DNA of 64,000 bases from assembly GCA_048128005.1 (NCBI GenBank), contig JBEUKZ010000065.1:310001-374000 (forward strand), in the 5' to 3' direction. Under the pieces are notes generated by a model that saw only the letters and a list, made by a program, of their open reading frames with translations, had not been told where the DNA came from and made no database searches. The DNA is from Veleropilina oligotropha (Eukaryota). Numbering within the stretch: position 1 is the stretch's first letter; each line of letters starts with the position of its first letter. The translations under genes were made by a program, and so were the position numbers. Shown one piece after another: positions 36,444 to 50,142 of the stretch.

Positions 36444-37048
36444 TTTCAATTAACAAATTGTACAAGGAACCCTCATTAAATTGTACATGTCCCAATAAAA
36501 CCAGGTCTTTTTAATGGGACAATTAATAATATCATGTAATCAGTTCAAAATCTATTTCTTCAACTCACGTTGATGGATTAATACTTTTCACAGGAAACAT
36601 TATTATTTTATTTTATCCATAGCCCTCTGAGTAATCTGATCTTAAACGGCCTATGATAAGATACACGTGATGGGTACGTAGTTGTATTGGCTTTACAAAC
36701 GCATATACACCGGACCGCCCCGTGAGCCTGGACTGACCGAGGTTCACCTGTTGCTAGTCTCCATGGATTTAACATTAACGACGCGTCCAAAGTCGTCCTT
36801 TTATCGGAGATGAAAAACCGGATTTCCAAAGTTGAGTAAAAGCCGGAGCTGTGGGGGAAGTACCGAAAGAGCGCCCAAAATTTCAATTAAAATTGATTTC
36901 AATATTTCTACTCTAGGGTTAGATGACAATGAAATAGTGATATCTGACAAAGGAAGATGCCAAAGTATGCCTATTGTTGCATATATAGCATGCTTGAGAA
37001 ACTTTAATGGGATTCCAAAAGCGGCATTTTATGGTAAAATTTGATTTA

Positions 37049-38794
37049 AACTAGACTTATCACAGAAGTGATTAAATGCACCCACAAAAGCACTTGACCC
37101 ATGAACAGGATGTTGCAGTGACCTACTTTTGGTACCCGACACACCTTTGGGATATGAAGCATGCACACGTCAAGTTTCGTGTCCCTCGGTCAAATAGTAT
37201 GGGGGATATGGAGCTGAAGGGAATTTTGGACAGAATGCGGTCAAGCGCGGAAAGTAGGTCGCGGTGACTTTTGGTATGCGACACACCTTTGGGTTATGAA
37301 GCATACACACATCAAGTTACGTGTCCCTAGGTCAAATAGCATGGGAGATATAGAGTAGAAAGGAATTTTGGACCAAACGCAGTCAAATGTGATAAGTACA
37401 TCTCGGTGACTACTTTTGGTATGCGGCACACCTTTGGGTTAAGATGCATGAACACATCAAGTTTCGTGTCCCTCGGTCAAATAGTATGGGAGATATGGAG
37501 CGTAAGGGAATTTTGGACCAAGTGCGATCAAGCATGAAAAGTGGGTCATGGTGACCTACTTTCGGTACGCGACACACCTTTGGGTTATGACGCATTAACA
37601 CATCAAGTTTCATGTCCCTAGACAAAATATTATCGGAGATATGGAGCGGAAGGGAATTTGCAACAGACAGACAACCTCAGACTCCTATATGCCGCAACAG
37701 ACAGACAAGCTCAGACTCCAATATGCTGCAACAAACAGACAAGCTCAGACTCCTATATGCTGCAACAGACAGACAAGCTCAGACTCCTATATGCTGCAAC
37801 AGACAAACAACCTCAGATGCCTATATGCTGGAACAGACAGACAACCTCAGACTCCTATATGCTGCAACAGACAGACAACCTCAGACTCCTATATGCTGCA
37901 ACAGACAGACAACCTCAGACTCCTATATGCTGCAACAGACAGACAACCTCAGACTCCTATATGCTGCAACAGACAGACAACCTCAGACTCCTACCGGTAT
38001 ATGCTGCAACAGACAAACAACCTCAGACTCCTATATGCTGCAACAGACAGACAACCTCAGACTCCTATATGCTGCAACAGACAGACAACCTCAGACTCCT
38101 ATATGCTGCAACAGACAGACAACCTCAGACTCCTATATGCTGCAACAGACAGACAACCTCAGACTCCTATATGCTGCAACAGACAGACAACCTCAGACTC
38201 CTATATGCTGCAACAGACAGACAACCTCAGACTCCTATATGCTGCAACAGACAGACAACCTCAGACTCCTATATGCTGCAACAGACAGACAACCTCAGAC
38301 TCCTATATGCTGCAACAGACAGACAACCTCAGACTCCTATATGCTGCAACAGACAGACAACCTCAGACTCCTACCGGTATATGCTGCAACAGACAAACAA
38401 CCTCAGACTCCTATATGCTGCAACAGACAGACAACCTCAGACTCCTATATGCTGCAACAGACAGACAACCTCAGACTCCTATATGCTGCAACAGACAGAC
38501 AACCTCAGACTCCTATATGCTGCAACAGACAGACAACCTCAGACTCCTATATGCTGCAACAGACAGACAACCTCAGACTCATATATGCTGCAACAGACAG
38601 ACAACCTCAGACTCCTACCGGTATATGCTGCAACAGACAAACAACCTCAGACTCCTATATGCTGCAACAGACAGACAACCTCAGACTCCTATATGCTGCA
38701 ACAGACAGACAACCTCAGACTCCTATATGCTGCAACAGACAGACAAGCTCAGACTCCTATATGCTGCCCCTAAACTTCGTTTGTGGGGGCATAA
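37049..38794 (-). mobile_element. HINE/DINE-like element, family B copy 2 (nested in an older repeat element at about 36895-39180)
   Basis: Same termini and internal repeats as 35786-36443; its microsatellite-proximal end is expanded into a 34-bp array. Confidence 0.72.
37660..38767. repeat. 34-bp minisatellite derived from the HINE subterminal segment
   Basis: Unit GCAACAGACAGACAACCTCAGACTCCTATATGCT, about 32 copies. The CTACCGGTAT variant recurs at 37991, 38371 and 38616. Confidence 0.95.
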
Positions 38795-39264
38795 TTATCA
38801 TCAATATTATTTATTTATGGTCAGATAACAATTAAATATTGATATCCAACATATAGTAATGCTAAAACATGCTTATATAGCATGATTGAGAATCTTTAAC
38901 CAAAAACTTTAACTTTAAGTCCAAATGCAGCATTTTATGGTGAAATTCGAAGGAAATTACCTTCAATATTATTTATTTAGTGCGAGGTAACGATGAAATA
39001 GTGATATCTAGCATACAGAAATGTTAAAACATGCATATTTTTGCTTATATAGCATGATTGAGAAACTTTAACCTAAAACTTTAACCTGAGAACCAATTGT
39101 TGACACCGGTCGGACGGACGAACGGCCAGACGACATGCTCATTACATAGACTAGCATTTGCATTGCATGCGATCCAAAAAGGAAATAAATGTTAACTTAA
39201 TATGGGAAATCATAATTGGGTCGGTTTGTTGCAGACCATCATATTTTCTCCATTTTCTTAAGAG

Positions 39265-39595
39265 AACAAGAGCTATCACAGGAGTGATCGCATGCCCACA
39301 CGAAAGGGTTTGACCCAGGAACAGGCTGTTGCATACACACATGAAGTTCATATCCCTCAGTCAAATAGTATGGGAGATATGAAGCAGAAGGGAATTTTAG
39401 ACTGAATATGGTATGCAACATACCTTTCAGTTATGACGCATACACACATGAAGTTTCGTGTCTCTCGGTTAAATAGTATCGGAGATATGGAACGGAAGGG
39501 AATTTGCAACAGACCGGCCAAAAGACAGACAGACAAGCCAACTCCTATATGCCCCCCCCCCCCCCCGTAAAATTCAATTGTGGGGGCACAAAAAA
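39265..39595 (-). mobile_element. HINE/DINE-like element, family B copy 3 (short)
   Basis: AACAAGAGCTATCACAGGAGTGATCGCATGCCC...GACAGACAGACAAGCCAACTCCTATATGCCCCC..GGGGGCACAAAAAA; homologous to 35786-36443. Confidence 0.72.
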
Positions 39596-39683
39596 CAAGA
39601 AGTACATAAAATCACTAGAGACAAGGTATCTACATTGATTCCATACAATAGTAGAATATGCATTGACATCATCACACGCTTAC

Positions 39684-39980
39684 ACAACACATCCAGTGGC
39701 GGCCCGGTCTGGCAAGTATACAGCGCGGGTATGGTGGGGAACTCCACCTTGCACGTGTAGATGTGGCCGTTCATCAGGTAGTTGGAGGTGATTTTATACG
39801 TGCTGACGAGGAGGTCTTCCCTCCTCTGGATGTCTTGGTGACCGCCCAGGTTGTCCTCATCGCTGCGTCGCTCCCAGGAGATGTTGGGAGTGATGCTCCC
39901 CGCATATTTCACGCTGCAGTTAAAGATCGCGTCTCTTCCTTCTTGAACCACTCTCCTTACATTACCACATAACACATTTT
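39684..39980 (-). CDS. Receptor tyrosine pseudokinase, exon: Ig domain 2
   Basis: Acceptor ttttttcag|AA, donor TTG T|gtaagc; 297 bp, phase 1-1. ENVLCGNVRRVVQEGRDAIFNCSVKYAGSITPNISWE...NGHIYTCKV...LDVL. Confidence 0.9.
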
Positions 39981-41429
39981 CTGAAAAAATAAAATGAAAC
40001 ATTTCAGTGGTTTGCAAATAATGACTTTCAATTTCAATGTAAATGATTATGTTGACTGGTCCAAACATACTCAAAAGATATTGAGGTAATAACCACAATG
40101 TAGGGAAATTTGATTTTCTGCACATTTCAATCAAATATATAACTTGGTTGATAACTCAATAAACGTGCAGGTCATGGACATCATAGCGGTTTAGGGCTTG
40201 GGATACTAGCCAGGGATGCTCTGTATGAATGTACTGTACAGATAATATCAATAATGACGCAACTAATCACACAGAAATATATACATGGGGCCATTTTTCA
40301 TCAGTCAGATCCTACAATCTGTTCACAGATTCTATAACATCAAATGTAGAGCTTTTATGTTTGATGTCACTGTTATAAAAGTTTCATTGTTACCAGCTTA
40401 GATTAAAGAGTGTCTATTTGTTTTATTTTAATGGCGCAATTTGTAAATTAGATTGGCTGGTCAACCGTTACTTTTAAAATAGCATCAAAGTGACTCAATT
40501 CAATGACAGTGAATTCAACGGCTGGTCATAATTAATATTGATATGACACAGACACCCCATAAATGTATGAGCATCAAATACATCATCGTGCATGCGGGTA
40601 AATCATGAAGCGGTCATAAGTTACAGCCAAACCAGCATTGATTCTGCATTGGCATGAATTATTTATTATTAATTGGGCTGATTCTTATTAATCCACTGTA
40701 AAATGATCATCGATCCCTGTCTGTTATTAAATCCAATGCAATACCTAATAACCACTAAGGGATTTATCAGCCAGATGTCACTTTACAACAGTAAAGCATC
40801 ACAGAGAAAAGGTTAAGAAAAATCTGCCCTACATCTTTCATGACAAATGATATACTTCTTTGAAGCAGAATTAATTTCTTGTGTGAAATTCAGTTAATCT
40901 CCCAGCGAGCAGCCGAGTCGGTGGCAATTTTAGTGTGAAAGTATAAAATCATGATATCGGTCTCATAAAAGATTTATTGAATCCATCCTGTCTCGACGAC
41001 CCATGGACAGTTTAGATATATCTTTATCTTAAAATGGGAGTTGATTCCCAGCATTTGTTTGAACACATGTGAAGTAAGATTAAGCAAAGAGCTATTTCAG
41101 ACGCTTCTAAATTAAAATACATATTTTTTACTGAATGTCCACATTTTATCCATTAGAACACCATGCCAGTTACAAATATAATTTCAGATGGGAGCTGTTC
41201 ATTAATGTTTGCTCAACACTACACTACACTTAATGTTTCATCATTAATCATTAATATCTAAAGCTGATCAATAATATTACATTAATGTTTCTGACTAGGC
41301 ATAAGAATTCATGTACTTGCACTTTATGTACTTGTTATTAACGCTTTACAATCTGCTCACATTTCATCATTAAATTGTAGCAGTTAAAATTGGCTGACAA
41401 TACAATCAAAGTCATCATCAGAAGACATA

Positions 41430-41556
41430 TCATCCCGGTTCAACGTTAATTATAACACTATATCCTGGTTCAATGTTAATTATAACACTATATCCCGGTT
41501 CAATGTTAATTATAACACTATATCCCGGTTCAATGATAATTATAACACTATATCCC
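41430..41556. repeat. 30-bp tandem repeat (TATCCCGGTTCAATGTTAATTATAACACTA)
   Basis: 4 copies. Confidence 0.92.
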
Positions 41557-41689
41557 TGCTTTTCAGTGAAGCAAGAAGACAGAGCCATCAATATCCCCAG
41601 CAATGGTATATTCACAATGACTATATTCATCATTATGATGTAGGTTCTTGAAACTACAATAGAATAAGTGCAATATTGCTGTTTTAAAT

Positions 41690-42510
41690 AATAACAAGGA
41701 AAATAACTCCGTCAATAATCGCAGGACAACGTCAAAATTGGGGTAGACGGCACCAGTTAATCAACTACTGAATACATCCACTAAGCTTCGAAAAGGTAAG
41801 TCAAGCGATTTAAGAGATATGCTTCAGAAAAGATAAATAACAAGGGCAATAACTCTGTCATCAATCACTGCACAACGTCAAAATTAGAAAAAGCACCAGT
41901 TAATCAACTACTGAACTGAATACACCCACTAAGTTTTGTAAAGATAAGTCAAGCACTTTATCAAATTATGACACCAGAAAACATCTTTTAACGAAATTAA
42001 AGCAAGGGAAATAACTCTGTTCATATTCACCGCACAACTGTTGAACATCAAAATTTGCAAATGCACCAGTTAACCAACTACTGAATACACTCACCAAATT
42101 TAATAAAGATATGCCAAGGGGTTTATGAGATACGCCCCAGAAAAGATAACATTTACGAATTTACAACAAGGGCAATAACTCTGTTAATAATCGCCGCACC
42201 AACTACTCAGTACTGAATACAACCACCAAATTTCATAAAGATATGCCAAGCGGTTAATAAGATATGCTCCGGAAAACATAATATTAGCAAATTTACAACA
42301 AGGTCTATAACCCTGTTAATAATCATCGCACAATGCCGAAACTGGCAAAAGGCACCAGTTCATCAACTACTTAATCCAGTACATACAACAAGTTTTGTAA
42401 AGTTATGTGGAGCGGTTTAAGAGATATGCACCGGAAACGATATCGATTACATACAGATGGACAGACAGGCAGACGGACAGACAGACTGGGTGATTGCAAG
42501 ATCCCTCAAC
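41690..42510 (-). mobile_element. Degenerate tandem-repeat-bearing HINE-like element (family C)
   Basis: About 5 diverged internal repeats (CAAGGGCAATAACTC...GCACCAGTTAATCAACTACTGAATAC) followed by a (CAGA/CGGA)n microsatellite at 42453-42487. Confidence 0.55.
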
Positions 42511-42544
42511 AGACTGACTATGAGACAGACTGAATATTGCGTTG

Positions 42545-42750
42545 ATATAATACATACCCAGAACTATGAGATAGGTTGACTACTGCATAGGAATGATACG
42601 TAGTACCAAGACAGGCTGACTACTGTGTCGGGATAATACGTACCCAGAACGATGAACAAGCCGATTATTGCGTTGCGATAATACATACCCAGAACTATGA
42701 AACAAGTTGACAACTGCGTCGGGATGATACGTACCCAGAACTATGAGGCT
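42545..42750. repeat. Old degenerate 45-bp repeat spanning the Ig1 splice donor
   Basis: ATACRTACCCAGAACTATGA recurs near 42550, 42636, 42681 and 42727, with a decayed unit near 42596. Confidence 0.75.
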
Positions 42751-43097
42751 GGCCGTTTTTGATCCCCCGGACCCTGACAGCGAGCAGGTATATTCGCCAG
42801 CATCTGAAAACGCGACTGCTTTTAGCTTGAGCTGCAACCCCTGGGTGTTGACGTACTTCTCGGGCCGAGTGGACACCTGCTCCAGGCTGTTGTTCCGGTA
42901 CTTCCTCAGGAACAGGACGACCTGACTCTGGGAGCTGCCATGTGGGACGAAGGTCCACGTGACGTTGTACGGACCGTGAGCTGTGGGCGGATGCGATGAC
43001 TGGTCGTCAGAGCTCGTGACATCACAGTAGACCAATGCATCATGGCCGACGAGAGCGGTCTGAGTCTCCGGGCCGTGGAAAATGAAGCCAGCAAAGC
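42735..43097 (-). CDS. Receptor tyrosine pseudokinase, exon: Ig domain 1 (V/I-set like)
   Basis: Acceptor ttattacag|GC and donor CTG G|gtacgt; 363 bp, phase 1-1. Translation FAGFIFHGPETQTALVGHDALVYCDV...VTWTF...LKAVAFSDAGEYTCSL...ASLIVL has the Ig C, W and DxGxYxC motifs. Confidence 0.9.
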
Positions 43098-43246
43098 CTG
43101 TAATAAACAGAATGTACAGACAGTTTGAAAATAGTCATAAGACAAGATCATAAAGTCATAAATCAGATCAATGAAGTGTCAACATTAATTCACGCTGTTT
43201 ACAATGAAGATGCGAATGCTGCATTTTTTTAAAGCTCCACGTTTTT

Positions 43247-43790
43247 ACTGGTCTTATCTACTCAAGCAGAACCATACTGGTCTTATCTACTCAAGCAGAA
43301 CCATACTGGTCTTATCTACTCAAGCAGAACCATACTGGTCTTATCTACTCAAGCAGAACCATACTGGTCTTATCTACTCAAAGAAGAACCATACTGGTCT
43401 TATCTACTCAAGCAGAACCATACTGGTCTTATCTACTCAAGCAGAACCCTACTGGTCTTATCTACTCGAGCAGAACCCTACTGGTCTTATCTACTCAAGC
43501 ACACCATACTGGTCTTATCTACTCAAGCAGAACCATACTGGTCTTATCTACTCAAGCAGAACCATACTGGTCTTATCTACTCAAGCAGAACCATACTGGT
43601 CTTATCTACTCAAGCAGAACCATACTGGTCTTATCTACTCAAGCAGAACCATACTGGTCTTTAATCTACTCAAGCAGAACCATACTGGTCTTATCTACTC
43701 AAGCAGAACCATACTGGTCGTATCTACTCAAGCAGAACCATACTGGTCGTATCTACTCAAGCAGAACCATACTGGTCTTATCTACTCAAG
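43247..43790. repeat. 29-bp minisatellite (ACTGGTCTTATCTACTCAAGCAGAACCAT)
   Basis: About 18 copies. Confidence 0.95.
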
Positions 43791-43842
43791 GATGCCACTC
43801 CTCCATGCATCCAAACTCATTCAGCACCAAATTTATGATGAT

Positions 43843-44105
43843 TACGTACATGTATATATATATATATATATATGTAAATCACACATAACGTACATGTATA
43901 TATATATATATGTAAATCACACATAACGTACATGTATATATATATATGTAAATCACACATAACGTACATGTATATATATATATATGTAAATCACACATAA
44001 CGTACATGTATATATATATATATGTAAATCACACATAACGTACATGTATATATATATATATATGTAAATCACACATAACGTACATGTATATATATATATG
44101 TAAAT
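43843..44105. repeat. 36-44-bp repeat with a variable (TA)n core
   Basis: ACGTACATG(TA)nTGTAAATCACACATA, about 7 copies. Confidence 0.93.
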
Positions 44106-46414
44106 CTTTTGTGTGAATTTTCTTTCGCTCGACTTTCAAATCAAACGTTATGTTTACAAAAAGATTGGACACCATGTACAGTCAATCATTAATCTTGTAT
44201 CAGCATGATCACACAATATATGGTAATCTGTTGTACAAGAGACATTCACACTTCCTACAATAGACATTCTCTATGCATGGACATAAGATAACTTCAAGAT
44301 TCACAGCGACGCAGACATTTCATTCTTACATGGTACAAATTATGCAGCCGTGTCTGGGCCGATTATGCCAGCAACGGCCGACATGGATAATCATATCATA
44401 AATCAGAGACCTGATCAAATAGACGTCAAGGAGAAAAGTGTACAGACGGCAAACAGGTGACCTCAAGAGACGGAATTTAATCACAACCACTGTCGACTTA
44501 TATATCCGGGAGAAGAGGAATAGTTGGGCATATTCTATATGATCAATATTTCGTTTTGTTATACATTGGTTATTCCGTATTTTCCCAGAACAATAAACAG
44601 CAGACGTTGGTCACAGAGTTTTGGATAAAGTGTAATATTCCCTGTGCAAAATTGTTTTTGCGGTCAATATCATAAAATATTATATATCAAATTGCATGCA
44701 AGGTTAATATCATGAAACATTAAATACCAACTTGCATCCAAGGTCAATATCATGAAATATTAACCTGTTCTAAAAATATCTTATGAAAGCTTTGTGTTGA
44801 AATCGGAAAGAAAAATGTGCAAACTTTTGTTTGTTTTGTTTTGAATGTAACATTAATCTATAGGTCTTTGGATCCACCTTCACAAAAGTCAATTATTCTG
44901 CAATGTCAGATACTATTGCAAGAAGACAATTTTCTAGAATAATCCAAAGGAAAGACATCAAAACAGTTATCCTGTAGATATATGGTATCCATAGCATGTA
45001 TAGTGCATCATTATCAAGTTGCTAAATTTGTTTTACGACAACCGTTTTAAGCAATTTTTCAGCAGTATCGCAGTTGAGACACCAGGTTAAAGATGTCACT
45101 CGCGATCTGACCGACATATTTATATATAGCACATGCCTTCTATTACTGAGTTCTATTATGCCGCCGACTGGCCCCGAATCCTGGCCCACCTGTAATAGCT
45201 TCGGTTGAGCGTCAGATCACTGCTAACTACTCACCGACCGAGGCCGATTCATGTACCAGGAGGCAGAAACAACTTCACCAGTAAAAGTGATATGACGTAT
45301 AAAAATATCTTATCATGTGTTTCATTTCTATCACTGTTTTTCAAAACAGGAAGATGAACTGTTCTCAAAAGGATATGTTTTAATAGTGAAAATAACGTGC
45401 AGTAAATAAATAGTCAGCTAGGGTTCACAGTCATTGCCTCTGACATGTCCGACAAGGAATGGTAAGAGCCTCATTCTCAGTCCAATCCATGTGCCCTTGG
45501 GTATTGGCATAAGATCTGTAGAAACTTTTTATATTAAAAATGTGTGCGATCATGGCTCAGTGGGTTGTTCATAGGACTCTGGTGGCAGTTCCGCGTTTGC
45601 CCCCGGTCTCTGCGACTTCTCTTGGGCAAGGAAGTAAGCATATATATTTGCCTCGCTCCATCCAGCCAACCTAAATACTTAGTCTTAGCGCTCACTAATG
45701 GCAGCTATGGAGTCATCTGGCATAGGGGTAATAATACTTAATTCATCACCGTCAAATAATTCTTTCATTTTATTACAAATATATTCAGAATCACGATGGT
45801 GAGAGCTTATTGGAATGCAATGATTCTCGGTGAAGCGCACAGATCCCGTACAAAATGACAGCCAGCAGATATTCAGCGATGGCAATAGTCTATAGGAATT
45901 ACCAGCACGGGCAGATACGGAAATGAAGCACTTGTGTCTGATCGTGAATTCTGTTATTGCTTCAATACGTGATTATTGGTCTTGAGACTCCAAATTCTTA
46001 GCCACAAAAGCATTTCCTCATTGCGTTAATATTGTATTGGACACACATTGACTGAGAGAAAAAACGCAATTAAGCAGCATTTAGCACTTACATGTAGTTC
46101 AATTGGAACGCTGTGTTTCATATGATCATCTGGGTAAGTTAAAAAAACAAGAATAAATAGCCGCAGTTAAATGTTAGCAACGTTATCCACATAAACACAA
46201 CATGATGAAATGTTTAAAAGGAAATACGTCTACGTTTGACTTTGTTCATAATTAACCACATTCACACGCATGCTCATCAAAATACAACCACAGACAAGTC
46301 GATGACAAGAACATCGTGGTGTTGCAATGGCCTTCCAAAATGCAATGGATGTAGCTTTTTGACATTTTTTAATATTGGAACTTAAGCTACTTATTATAAT
46401 TATAATTCGCACAA

Positions 46415-47702
46415 TCTTATCTACCTGAATCCTATATATATATGATCCTACATATCTTATCTACCTGAATCCTATATATATATGATCCTACATATCTTAT
46501 CTACCTGAATCATATATATATATGATCCTACATATCTTATCTACCTGAATCCTATATATATATGATCCTACATATCTTATCTACCTGAATCATATATATA
46601 TATGATCCTACATATCTTATCTACCTGAATCCTATATATATATATGATCCTACATATCTTATCTACCTGAATCCTATATATATATGATCCTACATATCTT
46701 ATCTACCTGAATCCTATATATATATGATCCTACATATCTTATCTACCTGAATCCTATATATATATGATCCTACATATCTTATCTACCTGAATCCTATATA
46801 TATATGATCCTACATATCTTATCTACCTGAATCCTATATATATATGATCCTACATATCTTATCTACCTGAATCCTATATATATATGATCCTACATATCTT
46901 ATCTACCTGAATCCTATATATATATGATCCTACATATCTTATCTACCTGAATCCTATATATATATGATCCTACATATCTTATCTACCTGAATCCTATATA
47001 TATATGATCCTACATATCTTATCTACCTGAATCCTATATATATATGATCCTACATATCTTATCTACCTGAATCCTATATATATATGATCCTACATATCTT
47101 ATCTACCTGAATCCTATATATATATGATCCTACATATCTTATCTACCTGAATCCTATATATATATGATCCTACATATCTTATCTACCTGAATCCTATATA
47201 TATATATGATCCTACATATCTTATCTACCTGAATCCTATATATATATGATCCTACATATCTTATCTACCTGAATCCTATATATATATGATCCTACATATC
47301 TTATCTACCTGAATCCTATATATATATATGATCCTACATATCTTATCTACCTGAATCCTATATATATATGATCCTACATATCTTATCTACCTGAATCCTA
47401 TATATATATGATCCTACATATCTTATCTACCTGAATCCTATATATATATGATCCTACATATCTTATCTACCTGAATCCTATATATATATGATCCTACATA
47501 TCTTATCTACCTGAATCCTATATATATATGATCCTACATATCTTATCTACCTGAATCATATATATATATGATCCTACATATCTTATCTACCTGAATCATA
47601 TATATATATGATCCTACATATCTTATCTACCTGAATCCTATATATATATGATCCTACATATCTTATCTACCTGAATCCTATATATATATGATCCTACATA
47701 TC
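46415..47702. repeat. 40-bp minisatellite (TCTTATCTACCTGAATCCTATATATATATGATCCTACATA)
   Basis: About 32 near-perfect copies. Confidence 0.97.
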
Positions 47703-47929
47703 ACTTATAAGCTTTTTCTTCTACAAAAATAAACAACAACTGTAACCCAACTATTTATGTTGTAAAAAGTATCGGGGCGGTCAAAAACTTTGAAGAATCA
47801 TACTAAATATATAACAGATCTTTCTTCGGTCTTTTTCTCCAATAGTGCTGTCTCACCAAATTTATATTAAAACTTTTTGCTGACACTTGGCACTAATGGG
47901 ATTTTCCACTATCGCGTACAGCAGAACTT

Positions 47930-48165
47930 TAGAATGCAGACTCTGAAATCACTGGCTTGATCCCACTGAAATGAACAGTAGTGGGTTTGAATCTTGGTTG
48001 GAACTTGGGCATTATTTTTTCAGTTATAGTTGTCCATAGCTGGTCAGAGAAGGTGGGTTTTCCCAGGTGACCAGGCTTTTCTCCGGCAATAATATGGACA
48101 ACAATATGGACATGTCCTGCTTTGAACCGATAGTTGTAAATATACAGGACATAAAGCATTGATCC
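47930..48165 (+). mobile_element. tRNA-derived SINE, diverged copy
   Basis: Homologous to 52204-52463 (TCACTGGCTTGAT..AACAGTAGTGGGTT..GGACATGTCCTGC..GTTGTAAATATACAGGACAT). Confidence 0.7.
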
Positions 48166-49814
48166 AATCAAAATTATAACTATTTGAAATGGAATTATGA
48201 TGGCCATGGTCCCTTGATGGTTAATATACCTTCATTTGTCTGCACTGCTTGAAAAGATTTTTGTTACCGCTAACACTGTTCACATGAAGCAGTGTCAACA
48301 CGACATTAATCGACATATATTATTTTTAGTCATGCAAATGAAATAAATCAATATTGTTCCAGGCACGTTCTTCAGATCAAGCTGCAGGTACATCACATGA
48401 TGCCATCAGAAAGACGCATTATTTATTTAATGGTACACGGTCCTTACTTGAGAAGGGCCTAGGCAGAGGGTGAATCGGATGGTGTTGCTTAGATGATTGA
48501 TTTATAAGCAGAACTGCATGCAACAAGAGAAGAAATGAGCAAAGCAATCAGGATCTTCACGTGGCACAGATGTCACAATGAAACGCATGACAGGTTGATC
48601 AATGTCTCCTCAAGCAATCAGGATCTTCACGTGGCACAGATGTCAGAATGAAACTTGTGACTGGTTGGCTGATGTCTTCTCACAGCAATAAGGTGCAACA
48701 AAGTAACAGCAGCTAGTTGTTGTCATTATGTACACTAAAACATCAGCACATTACCTCCAAGACCACCATTCAAGCTGGTGAAACACATGATAATAATGTA
48801 ATAATAGAGATTTAAATTGTCCTGACCCACCCACAAATTAAACAATGCTTGCTCACAGTGTTCGTACATGTACATCTTTACTATTCCCTGGTTATTTGCT
48901 TGTTCTTAATTATCGAGATTCCGTCTCAACTCTCTCTCTGAGCGTATTACATTCAAGTGCATGCCGGTTACTGTTAGGCGCTAATTTCAAACTTTTAGAA
49001 ACATGGTTATTCGGCTGGAATTGTTAATCTCGTGTCATCTAACAACTAATCAGAACCACTCCATAGTCATCAAACAGCCAATCAGAACCACTCCATAGTG
49101 ATAGCCTTCAGATTTCAGTAAAGAAATGATTCCTGGTACATGCCCTTAATTCCTATCAGGACCTAACTTGTGAGGATTCTCATGATTACAAGAGCAAGTG
49201 ACCTCATGATGGCCTCACATCGTCCGGCATAATGGTCAAATAGGATGACCGCTTAATAACTGCCATCGATCAATCAAAGGATTCGTGATGGATTCATTAA
49301 TTTGCTTCATCGGAATTGCTTTATTCGGATGTGTCAACAGGCAAATTGAGTTACCCTGCCAAATGTGAGTAGCGGTGAATCGAGTCAGACGGTGCCAGTG
49401 ATCCTGAAGAATGGTGGCATCGACTGCCGTTGCAACTGCGTATGTGGACCGTCTCCGGCCATAATGGGTAGAATCATTAACCAAAATCAAATTAACTCAA
49501 TGGTTCAATATCAGACGCTGTAATCACATTTGAGTACAACTTTTGGTAATAGTTAAGTTACTGGAATCAGTGTCTTGAAAGTAAATGACAAGATATCCTT
49601 CAAGGAAACAAGCATTTTAATATTATTAATTATAAATATTCAAATTTTACATTTATAATGCAATTTAATCTGCAGGAACGAGTGGGTCAAGTCATAAATG
49701 CGCTATAGAATATGTTATGATGAAAATAGTGATAAGATAAACTAGTTATAAACCATGTGTCCTCGTTTCCATTTGCCATTGTTGTGAAACAATCTGGAAT
49801 TATCATTTGAGCAA

Positions 49815-50142
49815 GATTTAACGGCTGAGGGAGAGGTTGATCTACTTGTATATTTAACGGCTGAGGGATAGGTTGATCTACTTGTATATTTAACGGCTGA
49901 GGGATAGGTTGATCTACTTGTATATTTAACGGCTGAGGGATAGGTTGATCTACTTGTATATTTAACGGCCGAGGGATAGGTTGATCTACTTGTATATTTA
50001 ACGGCTGAGGGATAGGTTGATCTACTTGTATATTTAACGGCCGAGGGATAGGTTGATCTACTTGTATATTTAACGGCTGAGGGATAGGTTGATCTACTTG
50101 TATATTTAACGGCTGAGGGATAGGTTGATCTACTGGTATATT
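49815..50142. repeat. 36-bp minisatellite (TATATTTAACGGCTGAGGGATAGGTTGATCTACTTG)
   Basis: About 9 copies. Confidence 0.95.

Noticed and set aside
41430..41633. ORF with a signal-peptide-like start (MMNIVIVNIPLLGILMALSSC)
   Set aside because: It lies downstream of the Ig1 exon, has no clear donor, and runs into a 30-bp repeat.
43252..46425. Shared TCTTATCTAC 10-mer between the 29-bp and 40-bp arrays
   Set aside because: The rest of the units is unrelated; plausibly chance in AT-rich DNA.
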